Shown: positions 53,946 through 63,397 of the stretch, piece by piece | Numbering within the stretch: the first letter of the stretch is position 1 | Layout of the letters: each line of letters opens with the position of its first letter | Sequence record: OP745617 | DNA length: 64,000 bases | Strand: one strand, 5' to 3' | Source of the DNA: Escherichia phage F13 | Notes under the pieces: model-generated | The model's input: the letters and a program-made list of their open reading frames with translations, nothing else | What the model was told of the DNA's origin: nothing | Databases searched by the model: none | Translations under genes and position numbers: made by a program

Positions 53946-54941
53946 TTATTTATTAGCAATATAAGCAAATTTTTGATAGTTATTTGCTTTGATGAGTTTT
54001 TCAACTTCAACAAGGTCATGAGCAACGTCATCAAGCAAAATGTTTCGCCAAGTAGCAAAGCGACCGACACTAAATACGTTCAAATCCATGGTCAGCTGTA
54101 GGAGTAGAGCGTGTCGCAAGTCTTTCGGAATGTCGACAATCTTGCCATACTTCTGGTCGACCTTTTCAACTTCTTCGAGATCGATGTCACTCCATGATAG
54201 GCCAAAGGCTGTCAATACTTCGTCAACTTCTGCACGCAACTTAATGTCACGGTAACGAGTAATGCCGCCAGCGGCTTCAACTGCGGCTTCACTTACGCTA
54301 ACCAAAGGAATTGTTTCAATGATCAGTGTGTCACCAGTGATTGATGCGCGGTAAGTTCTGACGGAGTAGTCAGGAAAGTAAATGGTTTGATACAGTGCAC
54401 ACTTGCGCTTAATCTTAAAGCGGTAAACACGAATGTTTGCCTTATCGAATGAGAAATCAATCTTTTGATCAATCCCAGCAAGCTTCATCATGACTGGCAG
54501 CGGCGACGTGTTGATGATTGGCGTCTCGCTATAGCCGCAAAGAGTATCAACAGGAGTATTAAAGAATATGCGGTCACCCAGTTTGTCGACAAGCTGATCA
54601 TAAAAGTCATCAGGCGCAATATAACGCGTTGCAGTTTTAAGCTTCATGATTGAGCGGCTACCGAATTGATTAGTGACCTTCATGGAATACATATTGGCAA
54701 GGTTGATTGGGCAATGGTCGTGGTAGTAGTTGCCGCGAAAATACACAGCCTTGTCAACTGTCACGGCCTTAAAAGGGATTCCGGTAATACGGCTTACTTC
54801 TTCGCCGCGAAATCGTAGCAAAGCCTTGTGCTGTGGCGCTCGTTCCCCTGCTTCGTACACAATGGAGTTCGGGAAGTGACACGCGGTAATAAGTCCTGCC
54901 AAACCGCCGCCGATAATCATTACAGGTTGTTTCATGTTCAT
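53946..54941 (-). CDS. FAD/NAD(P)-binding Rossmann-fold oxidoreductase
   Basis: N-terminal dinucleotide-binding motif VMIIGGGLAGLITA; 331 aa. Confidence 0.55.
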   Translation of the reverse strand: MNMKQPVMIIGGGLAGLITACHFPNSIVYEAGERAPQHKALLRFRGEEVSRITGIPFKAVTVDKAVYFRGNYYHDHCPINLANMYSMKVTNQFGSRSIMKLKTATRYIAPDDFYDQLVDKLGDRIFFNTPVDTLCGYSETPIINTSPLPVMMKLAGIDQKIDFSFDKANIRVYRFKIKRKCALYQTIYFPDYSVRTYRASITGDTLIIETIPLVSVSEAAVEAAGGITRYRDIKLRAEVDEVLTAFGLSWSDIDLEEVEKVDQKYGKIVDIPKDLRHALLLQLTMDLNVFSVGRFATWRNILLDDVAHDLVEVEKLIKANNYQKFAYIANK

Positions 54942-55074
54942 TTGTCCTTTGTGGGTGATATGAGAAGTATAATAGCTAAATTATTTTACAGCAACAAGTC
55001 ATTTCTATTTAGTACAGACGAAAAAGACCCACAACAAGTGTGGGTCAATTACCGCTATATAACCGTCCTACAGG

Positions 55075-55920
55075 TTATTCCGCTTGATCACCGTCTTCGG
55101 CATTGTCGTTGGATTCAACATCGACAAACTCGATGTGGCCCATCTCTTCCAGCTTGCTCAGGTAGGAGCGAACGGAAGCGCCAAACAGTTGATCTTTAAC
55201 TTTTTCGCCCAGCTCATCGATAGACTGCGCCACGCCAACTTCGCCTTCTTTGATCGCCGCCAGAACGCGTCCACGGGTGGAATGCTCTTGCGGCTGGCTC
55301 AGGCCATTGCCGGTGTAGATGAAGTGAGTGGCTTTTGCACGACGCTGACCGTTTGCCTTTTTAGCAGCCTTGCGCTCTGCGATGGCTTTGCGACGTTCTT
55401 CAGCTTCTTTCTTACGCTGTTCTTTCTGCTGTTCTGCAGCTTCTTTAGCCGCAATCTTAGCAGCTTCACGCTCTGCCTTGCGTTTCGCTTTAGCTTCTTC
55501 TTTGGCCTTCTCTTTTTCGGCCTTCGCTGCAGCACGGGCTTGATCACGCTCTGCTTTCTTGGCCGCAGCCTGCTCAGCTTTCAGGCGCTTGGCTTCTTCT
55601 TTAGCCTTTGCCTTTTCGATTTCTTTTGCTGCTTTAGCGGCTTCACGCTCTGCTTTCTTAGCAGCAGCCTTTTCTGCACGCTCTTTAGCTTTCTTAGCTG
55701 CTTCTTCAGCACGCTTCTGCGCCTTCTCATCAGCAGCCTGCTTGCGTTTCAGCGCAGCTTCTTCACGCTTGGCTTGTTTTTCCTGCTCACGCTTCTGGCG
55801 CTTCTCTTCGGCTTCTTTCTTTTTAGCCAGGCGTTTTTCTTCAGCCACGCGACGACGTTCTGCTGCGGCTGCTTGTTTTTCTTCTTTAGATAATACTTTG
55901 ATTGCTTCGGCCATATTCAC
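55075..55920 (-). CDS. Lys/Ala/Glu-rich low-complexity protein with globular C-terminal domain (histone H1/TolA-like)
   Basis: About 180 aa of KAE repeats (…EEKRQKREQEKQAKREEAALKRKQAADEKAQKRAEEAAKKAKERAEK…) then a ~90-aa non-repetitive domain. Confidence 0.5.
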   Translation of the reverse strand: MNMAEAIKVLSKEEKQAAAAERRRVAEEKRLAKKKEAEEKRQKREQEKQAKREEAALKRKQAADEKAQKRAEEAAKKAKERAEKAAAKKAEREAAKAAKEIEKAKAKEEAKRLKAEQAAAKKAERDQARAAAKAEKEKAKEEAKAKRKAEREAAKIAAKEAAEQQKEQRKKEAEERRKAIAERKAAKKANGQRRAKATHFIYTGNGLSQPQEHSTRGRVLAAIKEGEVGVAQSIDELGEKVKDQLFGASVRSYLSKLEEMGHIEFVDVESNDNAEDGDQAE

Positions 55921-55983
55921 AGTCCTTAAATAAATTAGTTTATTTTATATTCCCCGTTTGGGATAACTTAATTATGCCTTCAG

Positions 55984-56018
55984 TTGCCGCCAGTAGCAAC
56001 TAAAAACTATGGCGGCAA
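55984..56018 (-). other. Hairpin TTGCCGCCA-(17 nt)-TGGCGGCAA between the Dda-like and KAE-rich genes
   Basis: 9-bp GC-rich inverted repeat in the intergenic region. Confidence 0.35.
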
Positions 56019-56073
56019 TGCCACTTTAATTAAACTGATTTTCAGTTTTATTTTTCGTAAATTTACGTCAACA

Positions 56074-57258
56074 TTAACGCGCTTTCAAATCACGGTACAC
56101 GGTCAGATTCTTCTTAGCACGGGTGATAGCGGTGTACATCATCTTGGAGTACGGAACGCCGCGCAAGATTTCTTCCAGCACGCACACATTATCCCACTCG
56201 CTGCCTTGCGATTTGTGCACCGTGATGACATAGCCATAGTCCATCCCGCCAACAGCGCGTTGCGCTTCTTTGCGCACTTCCTGATCAGTAGAGAAGGAAA
56301 GAGGATTGATCTTCACCTTTATATCTTTACCATCAGTTAATGAACGCAAGTTGACATACATTATTTCATTCGACTCATCTTCATCCCTTTCAAAGTCCGG
56401 CACTGGCTCATAGCTAATAACAATCCCTTGCTCGCCATTACAGAATCCTGGACCGTGTTGGTTGAATGTGCAAATAACCTTCTCGCCGATTCCTGGCATT
56501 GGCGTTATACGTCCGCTCACTTGCCGTAATAATGAATTCCATTTATCTTTGGTGCTATTATAGGAGCAAATAATTTGATCATCTTCGCCCATGAATTTCT
56601 TCAATGCAGTAACGCGCGGCGATTCTGCCAATACTTTGACGTCATCGTATTCACGCGGGGGAAGGCGGTTGCCTTGGCGCACGAAGAAGGAGGCGCGGAT
56701 TATATTGGACTCTTTCCCTTGCCGCATGATTTCGGTTAACAGCACGTCAACGGCATCTTCAGTAAAGTAGGCGGCGGCTTTTACCGGAGGGACTTGTCCA
56801 ATGTCGCCTAATGCCAGGACAGGGATGCGGTGATCAAGAAGGCGCTCTGTGTCCCACTCGCCAACCATCGACGCTTCATCGAGTACAACAAGGTGCGGCC
56901 TTTCATCCAGCTTTGACTTTCTCGAAAAGATTGGCTCATTGTCGTCATTTACGCCGCGCACGTTATAGATGAACTGGTGAAGGGTCTTAGCGCCACGACA
57001 GCCTTTTTGCTTTAATCGGCTTGCAGCCTTTCCGGTCGGCGCAATATAGATAGCTCCATACTCACCGACACAACGGCGCACAATCTCGCGAGCAATAGAG
57101 GTTTTACCAGTCCCTGCATAGCCAGCGATGAAAAACACGCGCTTCGTCGTTTTACCGTCCTGCAATCGCTTGTACCATGCAACGGCTTTCTCGATGGCGT
57201 CGATTTGTTGCGCGTTAAACTGAATCACTGGCTCATCATTAAATTCTGGAATGTTCAT
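56074..57258 (-). CDS. Dda/RecD-like SF1 DNA helicase
   Basis: Walker A GYAGTGKTS, Walker B VVLDEASMV, C-terminal VITVHKSQGSEWDNV. Confidence 0.8.
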   Translation of the reverse strand: MNIPEFNDEPVIQFNAQQIDAIEKAVAWYKRLQDGKTTKRVFFIAGYAGTGKTSIAREIVRRCVGEYGAIYIAPTGKAASRLKQKGCRGAKTLHQFIYNVRGVNDDNEPIFSRKSKLDERPHLVVLDEASMVGEWDTERLLDHRIPVLALGDIGQVPPVKAAAYFTEDAVDVLLTEIMRQGKESNIIRASFFVRQGNRLPPREYDDVKVLAESPRVTALKKFMGEDDQIICSYNSTKDKWNSLLRQVSGRITPMPGIGEKVICTFNQHGPGFCNGEQGIVISYEPVPDFERDEDESNEIMYVNLRSLTDGKDIKVKINPLSFSTDQEVRKEAQRAVGGMDYGYVITVHKSQGSEWDNVCVLEEILRGVPYSKMMYTAITRAKKNLTVYRDLKAR

Positions 57259-57584
57259 TATAACTCCACTACGCTTTCAAGGTCCAGATATACTGGAATA
57301 AAATGGCAATCTTCTTTTCGTTCAAACATCTCACCATCAACATGGCTGAAGAAAACAGTTGTGTTTGGTATCTTCCATCCTTTCTCGTCGCGCACTAAGT
57401 ACGCCATGGATTCAACAGGGATGTACAGCGATACCGGATTTGCGGCAAAAATAAATTTGATTCTGTCTGGTTGGCCCAGAAATCGCATGATTGTTAGGCT
57501 TGAATTCAATCTTGTATTAAGGAAGGACTCAACGATTCCGACGTGTGTTGCACGTTCGCGTTGCTTCGTCTCTTTTTCGTTCAT
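57258..57584 (-). CDS. hypothetical protein (108 aa)
   Basis: First gene of the minus-strand replication operon. Confidence 0.45.
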   Translation of the reverse strand: MNEKETKQRERATHVGIVESFLNTRLNSSLTIMRFLGQPDRIKFIFAANPVSLYIPVESMAYLVRDEKGWKIPNTTVFFSHVDGEMFERKEDCHFIPVYLDLESVVEL

Positions 57585-57687
57585 TTCAGGCGACCTTTGT
57601 TAGTGCGGAAATATTTTCTGATAGTATAATTGCAGATATAGTATAAAGCAAAGTAAATCGAAATTGTGAACTAAATGGTAAATATTG

Positions 57688-57715
57688 TTGACTTTGTATC
57701 ACTCAATATTATACT
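57688..57715 (+). promoter_or_regulatory. sigma70-like promoter TTGACT-N16-TATACT for the plus-strand primase operon
   Basis: Hexamers in the 160-bp divergent intergenic region. Confidence 0.4.
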
Positions 57716-57744
57716 GCAGGTATTGATCACCAAAGGAAAGAAAG

Positions 57745-58827
57745 ATGGCTAGTTTAAGAGAAGAAGCAAAAATAATTGAAGAGTTTTTAACAGAACTCCA
57801 GAGAGGCATCCCAGAAGATGAGCGCGTCATGACGGTGTTTGCTCCTGAAGCAACGGTGCAGACTGACGAGCGCGGAAAGAAGATTAACAGCAGCTTCTGG
57901 CCTAAGCCTTGGAAGTTGGGCAAGCCGCTCATGCAGCACCAAAACGGCTATGCTTGCATCAGTTCAATGCGTAAGTCTCCCAACCCAAAGACGGGTGAGA
58001 TGCGATACTGGCGTACAGAGTCGGCCTTTGGTCACGGTATGGCGATGATGGTCGACGACATCGGTCACGGTAAAGGGTCCAAAGGCGATTTAGATTTGGA
58101 ATTCTTTTTTGAGCGACTGAAGCCGACTGTCATCGTCGAGACTTCACCGAACAACCACCAGCTTTGGTACTTCTTTAAAGAACCGATTGACCATCTTATT
58201 CAGTTCAAAGCGTTCCTTGGGTCTTTCGTTAACATGGTACTCAAGAAGGGCGGCGACAACACGATTAAAGACGTAACGCGCGTGGGCCGTGTTCCTGGGT
58301 GCATCAATAACAAGCGTGTGACTCACGACGGCCCCTATAAATATGTCGATGAGAACGGCGACCCGTTCCGCTGCCGACTTGTCCATGCAGACTACTCCTT
58401 GCGCTACACCATCGAAGACATTTGTCACGCATTTGGCTTTCACGTCGTCATGCCGCAAAAGCGTGAGATTCAAATTGACGTCGATGAATACAAGTATGAT
58501 GCCGTTTGGTATAAAATAGCCCAGCAGATTCTGGCGCGCAACAAGATGGGTGAAGGGTCTGATGGCGACGTCATCGAGAATATGTCAGGCAAGTGCCGCA
58601 TAATCTGTCCTTGGGGTGAAGAGCACACCAACGGCGACCCGTATGGCGCGTACTTTCGCGGCCCTATCCCTGGTGCAGAACATGAATTTGTGTTCGGTTG
58701 CGCCCACGACTGTCACCGGAAAGGGGAAGGCAAGAAAGGTTGGACTGCTTTTGTTGAAGCAATCGTCATGCCTTATATTGAGAATCAACTTGACATGATA
58801 AATCGTCGTGCAGGTGGCATAAAATAG
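57745..58827 (+). CDS. DNA primase, archaeo-eukaryotic primase (AEP/prim-pol) type with C-terminal zinc ribbon
   Basis: MAMMVDDIG, SPNNHQLWYFF and RVPGCIN resemble AEP motifs; C-terminal CRIICPW…CAHDCH; AAGGAAAG RBS. Confidence 0.55.
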   Translation: MASLREEAKIIEEFLTELQRGIPEDERVMTVFAPEATVQTDERGKKINSSFWPKPWKLGKPLMQHQNGYACISSMRKSPNPKTGEMRYWRTESAFGHGMAMMVDDIGHGKGSKGDLDLEFFFERLKPTVIVETSPNNHQLWYFFKEPIDHLIQFKAFLGSFVNMVLKKGGDNTIKDVTRVGRVPGCINNKRVTHDGPYKYVDENGDPFRCRLVHADYSLRYTIEDICHAFGFHVVMPQKREIQIDVDEYKYDAVWYKIAQQILARNKMGEGSDGDVIENMSGKCRIICPWGEEHTNGDPYGAYFRGPIPGAEHEFVFGCAHDCHRKGEGKKGWTAFVEAIVMPYIENQLDMINRRAGGIK

Positions 58828-58885
58828 TTTGCTTTTATTTTCATAGCAACTATAATCATTTTATGAACTGAAGCAGAGGTGATTT

Positions 58886-59032
58886 ATGCAAAGCGAAGAA
58901 TTGAACATCGAGGTTGAAGGACTGTTAAAGTCGTTAGAACCTAAACCAGTAGAGCTTCCGACCCTTCAAGGCGTCATGGCTCACCATCAATCGGCTGCGG
59001 CCCAACACTACTCTGAATTTGTTAAGGAATAA
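58886..59032 (+). CDS. small hypothetical protein (48 aa), below the ORF-track cutoff
   Basis: GAGGTG RBS 5 nt before ATG 58886; stop 3 nt before the next gene's ATG. Confidence 0.35.
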   Translation: MQSEELNIEVEGLLKSLEPKPVELPTLQGVMAHHQSAAAQHYSEFVKE

Positions 59033-59034
59033 AA

Positions 59035-59325
59035 ATGAACGAACCAAAAATGATGACCGTTGAAGAAGCACAAAAGCTTCGTGTTGAAAACGAGCTTAAG
59101 CTTGTCAACCAGATTCTTCCTTTGTTTGCAGGCTACGCAGTGGAGGAAGTTGTTGGGGCAATCCTTAACGTATCCACGCATGTCGCTATGAATCTTCAGG
59201 CCGAGCGATTCAACACACTGCTGACTATTAAAGACCTTACCGTCAGCGCAACGTTCACTGTTGAGCCAGTCAATTTTGACGAAGCTTCAGCCGCGATTCA
59301 ACAGCAAAGAGATCAAGAGGTGTAG
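59035..59325 (+). CDS. hypothetical protein (96 aa)
   Basis: ORF in the small-gene cluster. Confidence 0.45.
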   Translation: MNEPKMMTVEEAQKLRVENELKLVNQILPLFAGYAVEEVVGAILNVSTHVAMNLQAERFNTLLTIKDLTVSATFTVEPVNFDEASAAIQQQRDQEV

Positions 59326-59326
59326 C

Positions 59327-59590
59327 ATGGGCGCTTTCCGTAACGAGTTCACCTGGAACGTTACCAGCAATCTCTCGACTTGTCCTAACTGTGCAAGCGA
59401 TGTTATCAAGGTGCGGCAGCATCGCAACGCGGAGGAAGGTGCCTGGGAAGATGGCGACCTTGTAGAGTGCCAGTGCTGCTCTCATGAAGGTGTTGTTGAG
59501 CTTCAAGCTGGTGAAGGTTGCCCACCAGCAGAGCGCACAGCACGCGTTGAATGGGATGCAACAGACTCCATTGGTGATCCTCAACAGTAA
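59327..59590 (+). CDS. small zinc-ribbon-like protein (87 aa)
   Basis: AGAGGTG RBS, ATG 59327; CPNCASD…CQCCSH cysteine pairs. Confidence 0.45.
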   Translation: MGAFRNEFTWNVTSNLSTCPNCASDVIKVRQHRNAEEGAWEDGDLVECQCCSHEGVVELQAGEGCPPAERTARVEWDATDSIGDPQQ

Positions 59591-59608
59591 ATTTAGGTAT
59601 AGATACTT

Positions 59609-59713
59609 ATGAAAGCCGTAAAGAAATACACATTAATCATTTCCCTTGTCATCATCCTGGGGCTATTATATGTATTGGATATGGCATATTATTTGGCAGG
59701 GGTGAGTGGATGA
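59609..59713 (+). CDS. possible membrane peptide (34 aa)
   Basis: MKAVKKYTLIISLVIILGLLYVLDMAYYLAGVSG; weak RBS; stop overlaps next start. Confidence 0.25.
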   Translation: MKAVKKYTLIISLVIILGLLYVLDMAYYLAGVSG

Positions 59714-60000
59714 ATATTGTAATTCTTTATGGTGAAAATATCAGCGATGACGACATCGAAGTTGCCGTTGATGTTTACGGTATCGATGAGGTGAAACGTG
59801 TTGAAGAAATTAGTGGCGCAAATCTCAATGAGATTGTCAAAGAAGCTTGCTGCCCTTCGGAAGAGATTCTGGTGGTTACTAACGATGACCTGTCTTCTAT
59901 GGATCATTTGCGCCGCATCTTCACCGATTGCCAATACCTTCATGCTGTTCAATCAGTAAACAAATTGAGAAAGGCATACGCCAACCAATTTCCTTGCTGA
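59710..60000 (+). CDS. hypothetical acidic protein (96 aa)
   Basis: ORF followed by an intrinsic terminator. Confidence 0.45.
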   Translation: MNIVILYGENISDDDIEVAVDVYGIDEVKRVEEISGANLNEIVKEACCPSEEILVVTNDDLSSMDHLRRIFTDCQYLHAVQSVNKLRKAYANQFPC

Positions 60001-60050
60001 TAGTTCACCAGTTATATTGCTTTAAATTGAGTTTTACTATATTAATATAC

Positions 60051-60076
60051 AACGCCAGATTTCTGGCGTTTATTTA
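60051..60076 (+). terminator. Rho-independent terminator (AACGCCAG-attt-CTGGCGTT then TATTTA)
   Basis: 8-bp stem plus T-rich tail about 50 nt after the stop. Confidence 0.6.
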
Positions 60077-60136
60077 CCGCACCCTGAAAGGATATATCCA
60101 TGCAACAATATAACAAAGCCGTATCAGGAGGATTAA

Positions 60137-61807
60137 ATGTCAATTAATAATGACAATCTTCCAGAGGATACAGGTGATGAATTTGGTGCAATCTTTGACG
60201 AAATTCAAGATGCAGGCGTTTCGGAAGAAATGCAGGCAGCAGAGCAGCAAGGCACCAGAGCTAAAATCAGCCTTCAACATAAAGCCGTTGAAAAAGATTC
60301 AGAGCGCATGGAATGCTACGGTGAAGAAGACTTGGTTGAAAGAGCACGCTTGCTCGCCTCACTTCAGGTAATCAAGTTCCCTCACTACAAGCCGACCAAA
60401 GATGACTTCGTTCTACAGGCAGACCGGACGAGTGACATGAACCGTTATGCGGTTTTCGACGCGTTGTTTGATAAGGGAAGTGGCGTTGTTCCATTCCCTC
60501 ACAAAGATACTTTTCGTGGGCGCTTAGTCGACCATCGCGGCGAAACATTCACCGACCGTACTTTGGAAGTCACAGAGATAGTTGCCGCTGTCGACGCAGC
60601 AGGATTGTCCAACCCAAACTCACGTCAGGTCGCTCAATCCTATAAGGAATGGGCCATGCGTTATCAGCGCGACGACCTGATGGACTTCTTCTACAAGAAG
60701 CTGCCTGAATGGGACGGTACTGCGCGCATCGAGAAATACCTTATCGAGCTATTCCGACCGTTCGATACAGAGTTAAACCGACAAATCGGTGTGTATTTTT
60801 GGCTATCGCTCTACAACCGCCTGACCAACCCTGGCTGTCAAGCGCCAATTTCTATCGCGCTCATCGGCGGCCAGAACGCAGGGAAGAGTTATTTTAGCAA
60901 GCTGCTTTGCGAAGCTATTATGAACGACCGCCACGCAACACCGATTCCGTTGAACTTAGCCGCGCAAAACTTCAACCCGTTCTTGCGAGCTATTACGGGT
61001 CGCTCAATTATCGCGAACGTTGGCGAGATGACAGGCTTTAAAAAGGCCGACATCGAAAACATGAAAGCATTCCTGACTAAGACGGAAGATGACCTGGACT
61101 TCAAATTTGAAGATACGCAGGTTAAACCACGCCAGTGGATTGCGATAATGGACGGCAACGAATACGCAGGTATGCAGCGTGATGACACGGGCAACCGTCG
61201 TGTGTATCCTATCTTTGTTGGCCAACTCGCCGACAAGGACGGGCAACCGAACTGGTCGAAAGACTTCCAAGCTGACCTTTCCACTTTGAAAGAAGACGTT
61301 TGGCAATTGATGGCTGAGTGCGCTGCTTGGATGGAGAAGCACGGCGAAGCAGGTTACAACGCGTTTGTTGGTGAAACATCTCGCATGCTCACTGAGTTTA
61401 GTAAGAACGAAATGGAACGTGCACGCGGCGTTATTCGTGATGAGATGGTTGACAACGACCTTGTTGAAGTCGTCATTACCGCGCCTTATGACCGACATCA
61501 CAGCGGACGCTGGCACATAACCAGTGGTGCTATTGCTATGGGATTCAGAGCGAAGTGCGGCAAGTCGCCTTTCTCTCGTACCCTTGCGCCGCACATGTCG
61601 AAGCTTGGTTTTGAGCCTGCAACCTATCGCAACCAGCGCGGTTACTTTACGCCGCTGATTAAGAATGAAGCAGGAGAATACATTTCTGATTTGATGACCA
61701 TCTTAGCGTATCTTATCCGCGATGAGTCTGACCCTGAAGATATTGAATTCTTGAAGAAGGTTATTGAGCGTAAACGTTCTTTGGGAAGAGATAAGGATGA
61801 ATTCTGA
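60137..61807 (+). CDS. VirE/D5-like primase-associated SF3 helicase
   Basis: AGGAGG RBS; P-loop ISIALIGGQNAGKSYFSKL in the C-terminal half; 556 aa. Confidence 0.55.
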   Translation: MSINNDNLPEDTGDEFGAIFDEIQDAGVSEEMQAAEQQGTRAKISLQHKAVEKDSERMECYGEEDLVERARLLASLQVIKFPHYKPTKDDFVLQADRTSDMNRYAVFDALFDKGSGVVPFPHKDTFRGRLVDHRGETFTDRTLEVTEIVAAVDAAGLSNPNSRQVAQSYKEWAMRYQRDDLMDFFYKKLPEWDGTARIEKYLIELFRPFDTELNRQIGVYFWLSLYNRLTNPGCQAPISIALIGGQNAGKSYFSKLLCEAIMNDRHATPIPLNLAAQNFNPFLRAITGRSIIANVGEMTGFKKADIENMKAFLTKTEDDLDFKFEDTQVKPRQWIAIMDGNEYAGMQRDDTGNRRVYPIFVGQLADKDGQPNWSKDFQADLSTLKEDVWQLMAECAAWMEKHGEAGYNAFVGETSRMLTEFSKNEMERARGVIRDEMVDNDLVEVVITAPYDRHHSGRWHITSGAIAMGFRAKCGKSPFSRTLAPHMSKLGFEPATYRNQRGYFTPLIKNEAGEYISDLMTILAYLIRDESDPEDIEFLKKVIERKRSLGRDKDEF

Positions 61808-62454
61808 TGAATAAAGCAATCAACATCGCTAAATTCTTTCAACATCTTGGTGAACTGAACAAAGAAAGTGACGTTCACGGCGAAGAAATGAACCGGATGA
61901 TTTCAACCGTGTTGCGTGGCTTTGGTTATGATAAGGACTCCATCACTTGCAAGCGTACAAAACTTGTCGATGAGTCTTATCTTTACTACGTAGAGCTGCG
62001 CATTGGTAAAGATGTAATGATTATTGACCCTAAACTGGAAGGGGCGCACTGTTTTGGCGCTCATCCTCGTGCGAGTGAATTCAAGGGTCGCGGTCGCAAC
62101 CGAATCCAGAAGCTTGATGACGCAGGCGACTTGAACATTGCCATGTTCCTCAAAGAGTTCCTTGCGCTACCGAAGGTTGCATCATCCACTGGCCGTGATG
62201 ACCCTTGCAAGATTGGATTCAGAACTAAAGATTTGCGCAATGCGCTACGCAAGAAGGGATTTGTGCCTTCTTATGACAACGTCGCCGCGCTGATGGCTTC
62301 AATGGAGGAAGCTGAAGCGATGGACAAGGTGCGCGGCTATTTCCTGAATACAGGCTTCACCATGTATGAATGGCACACGAAGGGATTGACTGTCGCCGAC
62401 TTCATCTATTCATTAGAGCAGAAGTATGTACGCAATATGCAGGCCACAGGATAA
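61807..62454 (+). CDS. hypothetical protein (215 aa)
   Basis: ATGA coupling with the helicase gene. Confidence 0.5.
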   Translation: MNKAINIAKFFQHLGELNKESDVHGEEMNRMISTVLRGFGYDKDSITCKRTKLVDESYLYYVELRIGKDVMIIDPKLEGAHCFGAHPRASEFKGRGRNRIQKLDDAGDLNIAMFLKEFLALPKVASSTGRDDPCKIGFRTKDLRNALRKKGFVPSYDNVAALMASMEEAEAMDKVRGYFLNTGFTMYEWHTKGLTVADFIYSLEQKYVRNMQATG

Positions 62455-62493
62455 TTATCATCAAAATATTTGCTTTTCTGACGAGGTGATATT

Positions 62494-62718
62494 ATGATTA
62501 ATTTAGACAGGATTGAGTTAGCACTTAGTACCTTAATCAAATATTACCAGTTTGCTTTTAAGGCTAGTTTGTTTGGCTTGTTCAATCCTCATCAAGCAGC
62601 AAAGGCGAGAAGCAATGCCAACCGCCTGCGCTGCACTGGTATAGTTATCCACGACCGGATATTGACAGAGGGTAGATTCAGCCATGAATACACAGGGGAG
62701 AATAACAAATCAACGTAG
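62494..62718 (+). CDS. hypothetical protein (74 aa)
   Basis: GAGGTG RBS. Confidence 0.4.
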   Translation: MINLDRIELALSTLIKYYQFAFKASLFGLFNPHQAAKARSNANRLRCTGIVIHDRILTEGRFSHEYTGENNKST

Positions 62719-62893
62719 GGCTTTACAAGTCCTCATCCACTACCTGTCACGCCTTTATCCAACGGCGCACGAGCAGAATCCAGCGACTGGTAATCTGTTT
62801 AAGCGCCGTAACCTTTCGTTAAAAACATTCGCTTTAATCCAATATGACCGCTACCTGGACGGGCGCTACTGCGGCCCGAAGGATTCTCTATGA
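62684..62893 (+). CDS. hypothetical basic protein (69 aa)
   Basis: Overlaps the upstream ORF by 35 nt; start uncertain. Confidence 0.3.
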   Translation: MNTQGRITNQRRALQVLIHYLSRLYPTAHEQNPATGNLFKRRNLSLKTFALIQYDRYLDGRYCGPKDSL

Positions 62894-63168
62894 TTACTAC
62901 ATACAAAGTATTCTTTGTCAAGTGCACATCATCTATTGATGACCAATTTACTGCTGGCAAGAATTATCCCGTGATTTCTGAGTCAAAGCTAGATATAATC
63001 TTGAACGATCATGAAATCTATGAGCCGATGCCAGCGACTGCGTTTGATGTTATCGGTCACGTTCGGATCAAGACGAATGTTGAGACGATGCATGACCCGT
63101 TGTTCAAGAAGCAAATCAAGAATGCCATGCAAGACTTTTGCGCGGCCATGTTTAAATATTATAAGTGA
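62890..63168 (+). CDS. hypothetical protein (92 aa)
   Basis: ATGA coupling. Confidence 0.45.
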   Translation: MITTYKVFFVKCTSSIDDQFTAGKNYPVISESKLDIILNDHEIYEPMPATAFDVIGHVRIKTNVETMHDPLFKKQIKNAMQDFCAAMFKYYK

Positions 63169-63175
63169 GTTGAAG

Positions 63176-63397
63176 ATGAGCAAGAAAACCCTTAAGGCTG
63201 GCGACCGTATCCGTTGGATGTCAGGACAGAATATGCGCGCAGGCACCATCCTTGAGCTGGACCAGTACCTTACCGATTCACGCGGTCGCAATCATTACCG
63301 CGTTCGAATCGATACAGTAAAAGAAGATGACAAGTCACTGGTTGGTGAAGTCGTCATCGTAACTCCACGTCAAATCAAGGCGGCTTGTGAAGCGTGA
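63176..63397 (+). CDS. hypothetical protein (73 aa)
   Basis: Internal ATG 63176 chosen; the track's N-terminal extension overlaps the previous gene. Confidence 0.4.
   Translation: MSKKTLKAGDRIRWMSGQNMRAGTILELDQYLTDSRGRNHYRVRIDTVKEDDKSLVGEVVIVTPRQIKAACEA

Noticed and set aside
55084-55933. Long plus-strand ORFs (269 and 124 aa) antisense to the KAE-rich gene
   Set aside because: Artefact of low-complexity GC-rich repeats; products are poly-Phe/Leu/Ser/Ala strings with no start context
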